Source: Malacoraja senta (lineage: Eukaryota). Taken from it: a stretch of 64,000 nt of DNA. The stretch lies in assembly GCA_038087875.1 (NCBI GenBank), contig JAXLNO010002965.1, forward strand, positions 1 through 64,000, in the 5' to 3' direction. Of this stretch, positions 14,305 through 26,000 are shown one piece after another. How positions within the stretch are numbered: position 1 is the stretch's first letter; each line of letters opens with the position of its first letter. The notes under the pieces were generated by a model that saw nothing but the letters and a program-made list of their open reading frames with translations, searched no databases and was not told the origin of the DNA. Position numbers and translations under genes: made by a program.

Positions 14305-14460
14305 CGACCTCGCTGATGCTTTGTTTTCCTCCAGCCCGTCCACCGCTGGGCTCCCGAAGAAACCGCTCCAGCACAGCGTTGTCGAAGTCGCTCTCATCCC
14401 GCTGCAGTTTCACACAAGCCGCAGCACCGAGGTGGGGGGGGGGCGCTTTCACTTCGGGAG
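14305..14460 (-). other. CpG-rich candidate first exon/promoter of an unidentified minus-strand transcript
   Basis: CpG-rich segment not recognisable as a repeat. Strong donor TCG|GTGAGC at 14304, ATG at 14397 giving a 31-codon phase-0 exon, and an IRF-like GAAGTGAAAGC at 14445-14455. No downstream exons identified. Confidence 0.35.
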
Positions 14461-14512
14461 GTCGGGAGGATGGAAGAGGGGGTGGAAGAGTAGGGACGGG
14501 GAGAAAGATTTA

Positions 14513-14828
14513 AGGGCCTGTCCCACTGTACGAGGTAATTCAAGAGCTCTCCCGAGTTTAAAAAAAATCAAACTCGTGGTAAGTACGTAGAATGTACGTA
14601 GCGGGTACGTCGGAGCTCGGGACGTCTCTTAGTGGCTCGTAATGCTAACGGCATGTACTCAGGAAACGCGGTAAGCTCGTGAAGACTCGTGAAGATTTTT
14701 AAACGTGTTGAAAAATGTCCACGAGAGCCCCGAGTACCTACGAGCGGCTATTACTGTAATTCTCCGAGTTCGAATCATGGGAAACTCGGGAGAACTCTTG
14801 AATTAGCTCGTACAGTGGGACAGGCCCT
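14513..14828. mobile_element. Second copy of the Harbinger-like MITE, inverted relative to 1403-1720
   Basis: TIR agggcctgtcccactgtacgag / ctcgtacagtgggacaggccct, flanks TTA/TGA. Confidence 0.75.
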
Positions 14829-14859
14829 TGAGTCGACAGGTATTGTGATATGGAATTGG

Positions 14860-14860
<1 letters not shown>

Positions 14861-14893
<33 letters not shown>
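14861..14893. repeat. (GT)n microsatellite
   Basis: Run of about 16 GT units. Confidence 0.95.
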
Positions 14894-14896
<3 letters not shown>

Positions 14897-17800
14897 AGAA
14901 CTACTCTCGGATAAGTGTTGTGTGTGTTTTGTGTTACGCCTGCGTGCCGGATGATTTCGAGTTACAGACCGGATCTGGGCCGTAGGTTGCCAACCCCTGA
15001 TTTAACACAAACTGTTAAAACACAAAGAAGGAAGGGACAGACAGACTGTTGGCGAGACAGCCATTGCTGGCGCCACCCAGTGGTTGGGTTGGTTAGTTAG
15101 TTTGCAGGCGCCACCAACATTGATGGAGTTGCGAACAGTGAAGAAGGCTGCCCAAGTGTACAATGGGAAATACATCAGATACAGAAATGGGCAGAAAATT
15201 GCAAATGGAGTTCATTTTGAGCAAGTATGTTACACTTTGAGTGGTCGAATGTAAAGGAAAAGTATACAGTTATTGGCAAGACCCTTAACAGCATTAATCT
15301 ACAGAGAGATCTTGGGGTTGAATCTTGGGTTTCTAGAGACAGGAAGTCATAATACAGTTTTATAGGGCTGGGTAGTCCACATTTGGAGTATTATGTGTAG
15401 TTTTTGTTGACCCATTACATAAAGGATGTAGAGGCATTGGAAAGGGTGCAGAGGTTTACAAGAATGATGCCTCAACTAGGGTGTGTTGGCTACATGAAAC
15501 ATATGGACAGACATGGATTGCTTCCGCTACAATGCCGGAGTTTGATGGGACACCGGATAGAAGTACATAAAATTATGAGAGGTATAGATAGGATAGATAG
15601 TCAGAACAGGGGCAGTCACTGTGGCGCAGCGGTAGAGTTGCTGCTTTACAGCGCTTGCAGCGTGGGAGACCCAGGTTCGATCCCGACCACGGGTGCTGTA
15701 CGTGTGGAGTTTGTACGTTCTCTCCATGACAGCATGGGTTTTCTCCGAGATCTTCGGTTTCCTCCCACACTCCAAAGATGTACAGGTATGTAGATTAATT
15801 GGCTTGGTGTATGTGTAAATCGTCCCGAGTGTGTGTAGGATAGTGCTAATGCCCAGGGATCACTAGTCGGTGCGGACTCGGTGGGCCGAAGGGCCTGTTT
15901 CCACGCTGTATCTCTAAACTAAAATAAACTAAACTCAACATGGATGGAAACATTAAATACAAGAGGGCATAGTTTTAAGATGAATGTTTAAAGGAAATGT
16001 GCAGGGCATGTTTTTTCACAGACAGTGACGAGTGCCTGGATGGCACTGTCTGAGGTGCGGTTGAGGCTGCTTGTAAATATATTGTCTTGCCTTCAGAGGT
16101 GTTGGGTCAAAATCTTGCAAACCCCTCCAAAAAGTCTGTAACAGTCAGGTTTCTGCCTCATCTCAGTCCTTGCGATGAATCTCACACCTAAGTAATAAAT
16201 TCAGGGTCACCCAGATTGCAAACACTGATGGAAACAAGCCAATTACCATTTGGTGTAACATTAAACTCACAGTTAAATATTAACAGAAAATAAATATCAG
16301 TACATCAAGAAAGTTGATGTTTCATGCTGACTAGGGTGTGGGAATTAGATGACTCGGGAATGGAATTTAGTTTTGTCTGAATATTTAATGTACCTAGTAA
16401 ATACACTTAAGATATCAGCAATCAAGTAATTATTATGTGTTTTCACAATCACCACAATAGATCAGTACAACACAGGAACAGGCCCTTTGGCCCACAATGT
16501 CTGTGTTGAACATGATGCCAAGACCAACTCCTATCTGCCGGCACATAATATACCTCCATTCCCTGCACATCCTACAACAATAAGGGCAACATGGTGATGC
16601 AACACTGGAGTTGCTGCCTTATGTGCCACACAGCCGGGTTTGATCTTGACTATGGGTATGTAGGTTAATTGGGTTGGTATAAATGTAAACCTGTTCCAAG
16701 TGTGTGTAGGATAGTGTTAGTGTGCGGGAATTGGTGCGGACCCTGTTTCCACCCTGTATCTCTAAACTAAACTAAACTAAATGTGCTAACCAGTCAGTGG
16801 AAAGACAGTACATGATTACAATCGAGCCATCCATAGTGTACAGATATATGATAAAGGGAATAACGTCAATAACGTTTGGTGCAAGATAAAGGCAGTAAAG
16901 TCCGATCAAAGATTGTCCAAGGATCTCCAATGCAGGAGACAGTAGTTCAGGACTGCACCCTGGTTGTTGGTAGGATGGTTTCAGTTACCTGATAACAATT
17001 GGGAAGAGACTGTCCCTGAATGTGGAGGTGTGAGTTTTGACAATTGGTTATATGAAGAGTAAAGTTGTTGTTATTCTGTTCAAATGAGCATTTGACGGCA
17101 CTAGGCCTCTACTCGCTGGAGTTTAGAAGGATGAGGGAAACCTCATTGAAACTTACCTGATAGTGAAAGGCCTGGATAGAGTGGATGTTGAGAGGATGTT
17201 TCCACTAGTGTCAGCATCTCACCAGAGGGCAAAGCCTCACAATTAAAGTACACTCCTTTAGGAAGGAGATGAGGAGGAATTTCTTTATTCAGAGGGTGGT
17301 GAATCTGTGGAATTCTGCCACAGAAGGCTGTGGAGGCCGTCAATGGATATTTTTTTATGGCAGAGATAGATAGATTCTTGAATAGAACGGGTGTCGGGGG
17401 TTATGGGGAGAAGGTAGGAAAATGTGGTTTGGAGGATAGGATAGATCAGCCATGATTGATGGGACGAATGGCCTAATTCTGTTCCTATCACTTATGATCT
17501 TATGAACTTATGATTGAGTAAATAGCTGTCTGTAGTATTAACAATGACAAAACAAGTATATAGGTCAATGTAGCATGCTAACGTCTTGGTAAAACTCATT
17601 CAAAAGTATTTTATTAAATGCTCATAATTCAGAAATGACACTGTTGGATATACAATGACATTCTCAGTCTGTTGCACATAAAACACTTCCACAGCTATTA
17701 CACCACAGCTTTGATAATGAGTATTGTTCCCAGTGATCTGTCAGGTCAACAAAACACAGCCCCCATACGTTACCATGTTCCATAAATATTCACATGACAT

Positions 17801-19136
17801 GGTACTGGGATGTTGTCTATGTGGAGTTTGCATGTTCTCCCTGTGACCACGTGGGATTTCTCCCGGTGCTCCGGTTTCCTCGCACATCTCAGTGATGTAC
17901 AGGTTTGTAGGTGAGTTGGCTTTTGTAAAATTGCCCTAGTGTATGGAAAGAGGATGTGAAAGAGGGATAACAGAACTGGTGTGCAAGATGGTTGGTATCA
18001 ACTCGATGAGCTGAAGGCTCAGCATCCATGCTGTATCACTCAACTAAACTAAGCAATATTATCTAAGCTGTGGTGTAGAGCGTGGTTCGTATTGAAAACA
18101 AAGATCCTTGTTGACTGGCCCATCAAATACTTGAAGCACTGAGTGAAGCATTAAATGCAAAGGCAATTACTTCTCCACTACACCATCAGGTATGTGAACA
18201 AGGAATGCAGGTTACAGTATGTGACAAAGAGAAGTGGCAAAATAACTAGGAACGAACTGCAGATGCAGGTTTAACCCGAAGATAGGCTCAAAAAGCTGGA
18301 GTGACTCAGCGGGTCAAACAGCATTTCTGGAGTCTGAACAAGGGTCTCATCCCGAAATGTCACCTATGCCTTGTATCCAGAGATGCTGACTGACCCGGTG
18401 AGTTTCTCCAACTTTTTGTGTCTATCTCTGGCAAGATATGTATATGATGTTTGAGAGGCTTTTAGATCGACAAACTGATCTGCAGGAAATAGAGGGATAT
18501 GGATCATGTTGCAGTTGGATGGGATCAGTTTAGCATCTCATCATGTTCACCACAGACATTGTGGGCCAAAGGGCCTCTTCCTGAGATGAACATTTTTATG
18601 TTTTATATAAAATAAGATTAGTAATCAGCTGTAAGCCCCCTTGAACAGACTGCATCATTCAATAACATTATGTCCAATCTGATTTTGATCAGTTTACTGC
18701 ATAATTCCTGCAATTTTTGATTCATTTCTGATCTAAAATTCTCTATATCTCAACCTAGAAAATATTCATTCACCTTGTCTTCACAGCTGGAATAGAAAGT
18801 TCAGGCAAATCATACACCTCCTGGAAAATAAATCTTCTTCGTAACTATTTTAAAGAGGGACCCAACATGGGAGGACTGCCGAGAACAAAGATAACAAAGA
18901 GGGTCCCGGGGTTGGGGGGGAGGGGGCGCGGATAACACAGGTGAACCCAACATGGAGGGGCTGCCGAGAACAAAGAGGGACCATTGGGGACTGTAATGAT
19001 TACTTTGTAACTGTGTCGACACCCTATACATGGTGACTTGTGTATGTATACCTTGTGTATGTTATGCAAAGCAAAGAATTTCACTGTGACATGTCACATG
19101 TGATAATAAAGTATCAATCAATCAAATAGGCGACCT

Positions 19137-19142
19137 TTTATT
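19137..19142 (-). terminator. Candidate polyadenylation signal (AATAAA) of the MHC class I-like gene
   Basis: tttatt on the plus strand, about 570 nt past the stop codon, in unique sequence beyond the CR1 insert. Confidence 0.4.
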
Positions 19143-19254
19143 CCAAAATGTGGCGCAATGTATGACTTTGGAATCACAGGGTAACTGCAGTGAAGACAGC
19201 ATTTGAAAAATTAATGGCTGAATGTAAAGTCATCAGTCAGCATTGATACAATAA

Positions 19255-19740
19255 AGAGCATAGAACAGTACAGCACAAGAACAGGCCCTTTGACCCACAA
19301 TGTTTGTGCCGAACATGATGCCAAGACCAATTGTTATCTGCTTGCACATAATCCATATCCATCCATTCCCTGCATATACATGTGCCTATCTAAAAGTCTC
19401 TTAAATGCCACTATCATATCTGCTTCCACCACCACCTCCAGCAGCACATTCCAGTCACTCACCACCCTTGGCGTAAAACACTTGTCCTGCACATCTTTTT
19501 TTAACTTTGCCACTCATTGTAAAGCAATACCTGCTCTTATTTGATATTTCCTTCCTGGGTAAAAAGTCTGATGGTCTACCCTATCTCTACTCCTCCCAGT
19601 TTGATATATTACTGTCAGGTCTCCCCTCAATCCCCGACATTCCAGAGAAAACAATCCAACTGTCCAGTCTGTCCAACTTCTCCCTGTGGCTAATACCCCA
19701 CTAATCCAGGCATCATTCTGGTAGACCTCCTCTGCATCCC
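19255..19740 (-). mobile_element. 5'-truncated CR1 inserted in the terminal exon of the MHC class I-like gene
   Basis: Minus strand reads gggatgcagaggaggtctaccagaatgatgcctggattag ... gggcctgttcttgtgctgtactgttctatg (CR1 ORF2 end and 3' UTR). Confidence 0.8.
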
Positions 19741-19933
19741 AAAGGAAGCTGATTGTGCTTCATGGTCCTCTCCTGGTCTCTGCTGTTGTCAGCTGGTACC
19801 TGTTCATTGAAAGGTTTTCTCTTTTTCCTCTTCTTCCAGCAACCAATTCCAAGGATGATCCCCAGGAGAATGAGAGGAACAATTACAGCTCCAGTCACGA
19901 TCCTAATCTTCATATCTTCTTTCACTGCCCTCT
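19713..19933 (-). CDS. MHC class I-like exon 5: connecting peptide, transmembrane helix and cytoplasmic tail
   Basis: Acceptor ccaacag|AG, phase 1. (E)RAVKEDMKIR-IVTGAVIVPLILLGIILGIGCW-KKRKKRKPFNEQ... is a 22-aa hydrophobic helix plus polybasic stop-transfer. The 3' end is uncertain (possible CAG|GTACCA donor). Confidence 0.8.
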
Positions 19934-20250
19934 CTGTTGGCATATACAGTGGCTTGCAAAAGTATTCATACCCCTTGAACTTTTCCACATTTTGTCACGT
20001 TACAACCACAAGCGTAAATGTATTTTATTGGGATTTTATGTGATAGACCAACATAAAGTGGCACATAATTGTGAAGTGGAAGGAAAATTATACATGGTTT
20101 TCAAATTTTTTTACAAATAAAAAACTGAAAAGTGTCGCGTGCGAAAATATTCAGCCCCCTTTACTCTGATACCCCTAAATAAAATCCAGTGCAACCAATT
20201 GCCTTCAGAAGTCACCTTATTAGTAAATAGAGTCCACTTGTGTGTAATCT

Positions 20251-20593
20251 CGGGACGACAGATGGCGCAATGGGCTAAGTGTTCGGCTGGCAACCGGAAG
20301 GTAGCCGGTTCGAATCCCGCTTGGAGTGCATACTGTCGTTGTGTCCTTGGGCAAGACACTTCACCCACCTTTGCCTGCGTGTGAATGTGTGTGAGTGATT
20401 GGTGGTGGTCGGAGGGGCCGTAGGCGCAGATTAGCAGCCACGCTTCCGTCAGTCTGCCCCAGGGCAGCTGTGGCTACAGAAGTAGCTCACCATCACCGAG
20501 TGTGACTGAGGAGTGAATGAATAATGCGATGTAAAGCGCCGAGTATTAGAAAGGCGCTATATAAATCCCATCCATTATTATTATTATTATTAT
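20251..20593 (+). mobile_element. tRNA-derived CORE-SINE (resembles teleost AFC-type SINEs) nested in the Tc1
   Basis: A and B boxes (tggcgcaatgg; ggttcgaatccc), CORE-like gtgtccttgggcaagacactt, L2-type tail ggcgctatataaat...(tta)n, TSD taatct at 20245-50 and 20594-99. Confidence 0.75.
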
Positions 20594-20674
20594 TAATCTA
20601 ATCTCAGTATAAATACAGCTGTTCTGTGAAGGCCTCAGAGGTTTGTTAGAGAACATTAGTGAACAAACAACATC

Positions 20675-21696
20675 ATGAAGCCAAAGGAACACACCAGACA
20701 GGTCAGGGATAAAGTTGTGGAGAAGTTTAAAACAGGGTTAGGTTATAAATAAATATCCCAAGCTTTGAACATCTCACGGAGCACTGTTCAATCCATCATC
20801 CGAAAATGGAAAGAGTATGGCACAACTGCAAACCTACCAAGACATGGCCGTCCACCTAAACTGACAGGCCGGGCAAGGAGAGCATTGATCAGAGAAGCAG
20901 CCAAGAGGCCCATGGTAACTCTGCAGGAGCTGCAGAGATCCACAGCTCAGGTGGGAGAATCTGTCCACAGGAAAACTATTAGTCGTGCACTCCACAAATC
21001 GGGCCTTTATGGAAGAGTGGCAAGAAGAAAGCCATTGTTGAAAAAAGCCCATAAGAAGTCCCGTTTGCAGTTTGCCACAAGCCATGTGGGGGACACAGCA
21101 AACATGTGGAGGAAGGTGCTCTGGTCAGATGAGACCAAAATTGAAGTTTTTGGCCTAAATGCAAAACGCTATGTGTGGCGGAAACCTAACACTGCACATC
21201 ACCCTGAACACACCATCCCCACTGTGAAACATGGTGGTGGCAGCATTATGCTGTGGGGATGCTTTTCTTCAGCAGGGACAGGGAAGCTGGTCAGAGTTGA
21301 TGGGGGAAGATGGATGGAGCCAAATACAGGGCAATCTTGGAAGAAAACCTGTTAGAGTCTGCAAAAGACTTGAGACCGGGGCGGAAGTTCACCTTCCAGC
21401 AGGACAACGACCCTAAACATACAGCCAGAGCTACAATGGAATGGTTTAGATCAAAGCGTATTCATGTGTTAGAATGGCCCAGTCAAAGTCCAGACCTAAA
21501 TCCAATTGAGAATCTCTGGCAAGACTTGAAAATTGCTGTTCACAGATGCTCTCCATCCAATCTGACTGAGCTTGAGCTATTTTGCAAAGAAGAATGGGCA
21601 AAAATTTCAGTCTCTAGATGTGCAAAGCTGGTAGAGATATACCCCAAAAGACTTGCAGCTGTAATTGCAGCGAAAGGTGGTTCTACAAAGTATTGA
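20675..21696 (+). pseudogene. Tc1 transposase with one nonsense codon and one frameshift
   Basis: MKPKEHTRQVRDK... with TAA at 20750-52; paired-like HTH; DD34E motifs [22 protein letters not shown]; frameshift near 21303 (extra G run). Confidence 0.93.
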
Positions 21697-23056
21697 CTCA
21701 GGGGGGCTGAATACTTTTGCACGCGACACTTTTCAGTTTTTTATTTGTAACAAAATTTGAAAACCATGTATCATTTTCCTTCCACTTCACAATTATGCAC
21801 CACTTTGTGTTGGTCTATCACATAAAATCCCAATAAAATACATTTACGTTTGTGGTTGTAACGTGACAAAATGTGGAAAAGTTCAAGGGGTATGAAAACT
21901 TTTGCAAGCCACTGTATAGTGCATTTTAAACATTTAGTGATCAATAACAACATTGTAATGATTTTATTATCTAAATTAAAGTAGCACTGTTCATATCTAA
22001 TTAAAAAGTAATAACGTTTTAGATTTAAGTATTTATACAGAGGATGGATGTGCTTAAAATGATCAATGAAAAATCATTAAGTTCATATTAGCATTGAGGT
22101 ATTGAGATTTTATCTGCAGCATTTAATTAAGAATTTAAAGAATCAAGTACGTCAGAAATATATGACTATTTACAGTGTAGAGGTCAACAAGGCCATTTTC
22201 TTATGTTGATTGTTATTATAGCAAATAAAAGTGAACCCATTTATAGTTGATAAAACTTCAAAGGTTTTAATCTTTGCTGATATTTCAATGATATCTGAGT
22301 TTAATTTTCTCACATACACATGCTCTCTCTTTCTCTCTCTCTCCCCCTCACTGTCTCACACACATGAGCCCACACACACACACATAGGCACACACAAACA
22401 TTAACACTACTGTCTATTTGTACTGACCAGCAATCTTAACCATGTCAGCTTGGCCCTGGTGTGAAGATCTTTGCAGAGGTCTTGTCTGGAACAAATAAGT
22501 CAGCTACAGAACAGGTGCTGCTACTTCAGCCTGATAATATGGCACCACTATTGGTCTTTTGTGTAACTAGCTACTATCAGAAAATTAGCTAGATGCCCAA
22601 GGAAGAAGATAAGAGACCTTGTCCAGGATCAGCCTATCTTGCTTCCACTGTTCCTACATTTGGATGGGTGAGTTAAGGGTGACATAAGAATAATTTTGAC
22701 CATAAGATATTGGAGCGGAATTATGCCTTTCAAGTCCATTGAGTCTACTCCACCATTCAGTCATAGCAGATCTATTTTTTACCGCTAAATCCCATTCTCT
22801 AGCCTTCTCCCTGTAACCTTTGTCACCCGTACTCATCAAGAACCTATCAATCTCTGCTTGAAAAATATGCAATGACTTGACCCACACAGCTGTTTGTATC
22901 AATGAATTCCACAGATTCACCACCCTGTGACTAAAGAGATTCCTCCTCATCTCCATATTGAAGGTAGGTATTTTTATTGTGAGGCTGTGCTAGACTCTCC
23001 CATTACTGAAAACTTCCTTTCCCATCAACTAACCAGGCATTTCATTATCTGGTAGG

Positions 23057-26000
23057 CAGGGCCGGATTTACATATAAGATGGACAAGCTTCAGTTTAGGG
23101 CCTGGAGATCTAGGAGGGGCTCGCAGAGCCGGATTTACCACTAGGCTTCATAGGCTGAAGCCTGGGGCCCTGAAATATAGGGGGCCTCCGGCCAAGGCAG
23201 GACACCAGCCGTTCAACTCTGGGCGGGGTGGCCCCCCTCTCTATCTCTATCTCCGTCTGTCACTCTCCGTGTCCGGGTCTCCGTTCTCCGCTCGCTCCTC
23301 ATCCGCCGGCACGGCCGGCCGCCTTGCACATGCACACTGCTACGGCCAGCACGTCCTCCCCTGCACATGCGCACAACCACAGCCCGCACGTCATCGGCCG
23401 CCCTGCGCATGCGCACTGCCACGGCAACTGGTCGGGGCTGGGCACTTTCTCCCTCGCTTTGAATTGTGGGAGATTTGGCCGCCATTGCTGCCTCGCCGCA
23501 ACCGCTGAAAACTAACACAGAATCACTCCCTGACCCTGGATCAGGAGTATCTCCCTGGAGTAACTCTCGCTTCTGGTTTCCTGATCCTCCATAAATATTC
23601 TAAAAGGAATTTAAACTGGAGGTGGTAGAGGGCTGAACAATAACAGCCTATTGCATTTTATCTGTTTATTTATTGTGTATATATATGGTCTATGGTATAT
23701 AAACACACTGAACTTTTATCTCTTGTTCTGTATTATGTTCACATATTATGTTGTGCTGCAGCAAGCAAGAATTTCATTGTCCTATCTGGGACACATGACA
23801 ATAAAACTCTCTTGACTCTTGACTTGGACTTAAGCAAAAAAGGGTTCTTGGGGAAAAAAGAGGTACCTTAAATTTAGTTGCGTCTGGTTGGGTAACTATG
23901 GTAGGGTGAAGACTATTCCATGCTTTAATTGTGCGGGGGAACTCCATGGAGCAGCCAGCAACTCAGGATAGAAGAAATTGGGTGACGTTTCGGGTAGAAA
24001 CACTTCTTTAGACTCCCTCTGGTTTTAGTGTCTTTAGCTTAATTTGAAGATACAGCGTGGAAACAGGCCCTTCAGCCCTCCGAGTCCACGCCGACTATTG
24101 ATCACCCGTACACTAGTTCTTTCCCACACATTAGCGAAGTAAGTCAAGAGTCAAGAGTTTATTCTCTCACGTCCCAGTTAGAACAATGAAATCCTTACTT
24201 GCAGCAGCACAACAGAATATGTAAACATAGTACTCTGTAAACAATGTTATAAACGAGAAAACAAAACGGTGTATATTTATAGCTGTGGTGGAGACAATCG
24301 CTGCTGCTACCCGACCCCCGGAGATTCGGAGGCTACAACCGCGGGTCTGGCGGACGGCAACACCGGAAGCCCGTGGGTCCCCTGGTGGGACACCGCTTTT
24401 CAGGGCATCCGCAGCGGCGACTTCTCCCGCCCGAGTTGCGGGGTTGAAGAGCACCTGGAGGGGAGCTTTACATCACCGCCCCGCGCGGCTTGGAATGGCC
24501 GCCGGACTTTGCGAGCGCGCGCCGGGGCTCTAACACCAAGACGCGGTGCGCGACCCTGCATTAACCGGCGTGGCTTTAATGGCCGCGGGATAATCACCAT
24601 CGCCCGCCGGGGGCTTTGACTTTGACTCTGACATCGGGGGGGTGGGGGGGGGGGGAGTGCAGTGGAGAGATACGTTTTTTTGCCTTCCATCACAGCGCTG
24701 TGATGGATGTATGTGTAAATTGTGTTGTGTCTCGGGTCTTCTTCGTTTTGTAATGTATGGCTGCAGAAACGACATTTCGTTTGGACCTCAACGGGGTCCA
24801 AATGACAAATTTGTCCAAAAGACAAATAAAATTGTATTGTAATTGTATTGTATATATATATATGTGTGTGTGTGTGTGTGCATAGTATATATACCCACAC
24901 GCACACACACACAATTTCCCTCCTGGGATTAATAAAGTTCTATCGTATAGTATCGTGTGTGTAGGAAGGAACTGCAAATGCTGGTTTAAATTGAAGATAG
25001 ACACACAAAGCTGGAGTAACTCAACAGGTCAGACAGAATCTCTGGACAAAAGGGAAATATTACGTTTAGGGTTGGTTCTGAAATAGGTTCCTGCACACCT
25101 TTGGAATGTGGAAGGAAACAAGAGCACCCGAAGAAAACCCATGCGATCAAAGTGAAAAGGAGCAAACTCCAAACAGACAACACCCATATTCAGGATCAAT
25201 TCCAGGTCTCTGGCACTTTTAGGCAGCAACCTTATGGCCAATGTACAGCCCCATTGTCTTGAACTTAATTAAAACGCCAAGTGTAGCATTTCCTGCAGTT
25301 GCAATGGAAAGTGCCAGGAGCGGGGGTGGTTTGGGTGGGAAGGGACGAATTGACCAGGGAGTTACGGAGGGAGCGGTCTCTATGGAAAGCCAACAGGGGA
25401 GGAGATGGGAAGATGTGGCCAGTTGTGGGATCCCATTGGTAGACAAAAAAGCTGTAGAAAATCAGCGGGTGAGGCAGCACCTGTGGAGCGAAGGAATAGA
25501 CGATGTTTCGGGTCGAGACCCTTCTTCAGATTGATGTCGGGGGGGGGGGGGGATGACATGAAAAATAAAGGAAGAGACGGAGACAGTAGGCTGTGGGAGA
25601 GCTGGGAATGGGAGGGGAAGGAGGGAGAAAGCAAGGACTACCTGAAATTAGAGAAGCCTATGTGCATAGCGCTGGGGTGTAAACTACCCAAGCAAATATG
25701 AGGTGCTGCCCCTCCAATATGCGGTGGGCCTCACTCTGGCCATGGAGGAGGCCCAGGACAGAAAGGTCAGATTCGGAATGGGAGGGGGCGTTGAAGTGCT
25801 GAGCCACCGGGAGATCAGGTTGGTTATTGCGAACTGAGTGGAGGTGTTGTGCGAAGCAATCGCCAAGCCTGCACTTGGTCTCACCGAGGTTGATCATACG
25901 CTGAATAATCCAACCACATTTTTTTTTGGAAGTGGAAAGAAATAATAGAAATTGCATTCATTGCAACGTGTAAAAAGAGTTAAGATACAGTATTATAATT

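Larger units (their letters stand above)
19947..21914 (+). mobile_element. Full-length Tc1-family DNA transposon with about 210-bp TIRs (IR/DR type)
   Basis: TA TSDs at 19945-46 and 21915-16; TIR cagtggcttgcaaaagtattca...; about 1.6 kb once the nested SINE is removed. Confidence 0.95.

Noticed and set aside
14305-14400. Alternative frame RDESDFDNAVLERFLREP faintly resembles the SREBF1a N-terminus (MDEPPFSEAALEQALGEP)
   Set aside because: No in-frame ATG, the C-terminal half does not match, and no downstream SREBF exons are visible; likely chance similarity.
20251-20325. tRNA-like sequence
   Set aside because: It is the head of a SINE with TSD and tail, not a stand-alone tRNA gene; the same applies to the HE1-like SINE heads.
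22440-22500. Possible phase-1 secretory mini-exon (ttccag|AC AAG...DKTSAKIFTPGPS*) in MHC-like intron 4
   Set aside because: Only a generic AG and a short ORF; no poly(A) signal or other support.
24167-24912. Several 80-170 aa ORFs
   Set aside because: Low-complexity, GC-driven ORFs within repeats nested in the hAT; no domain or splice support.
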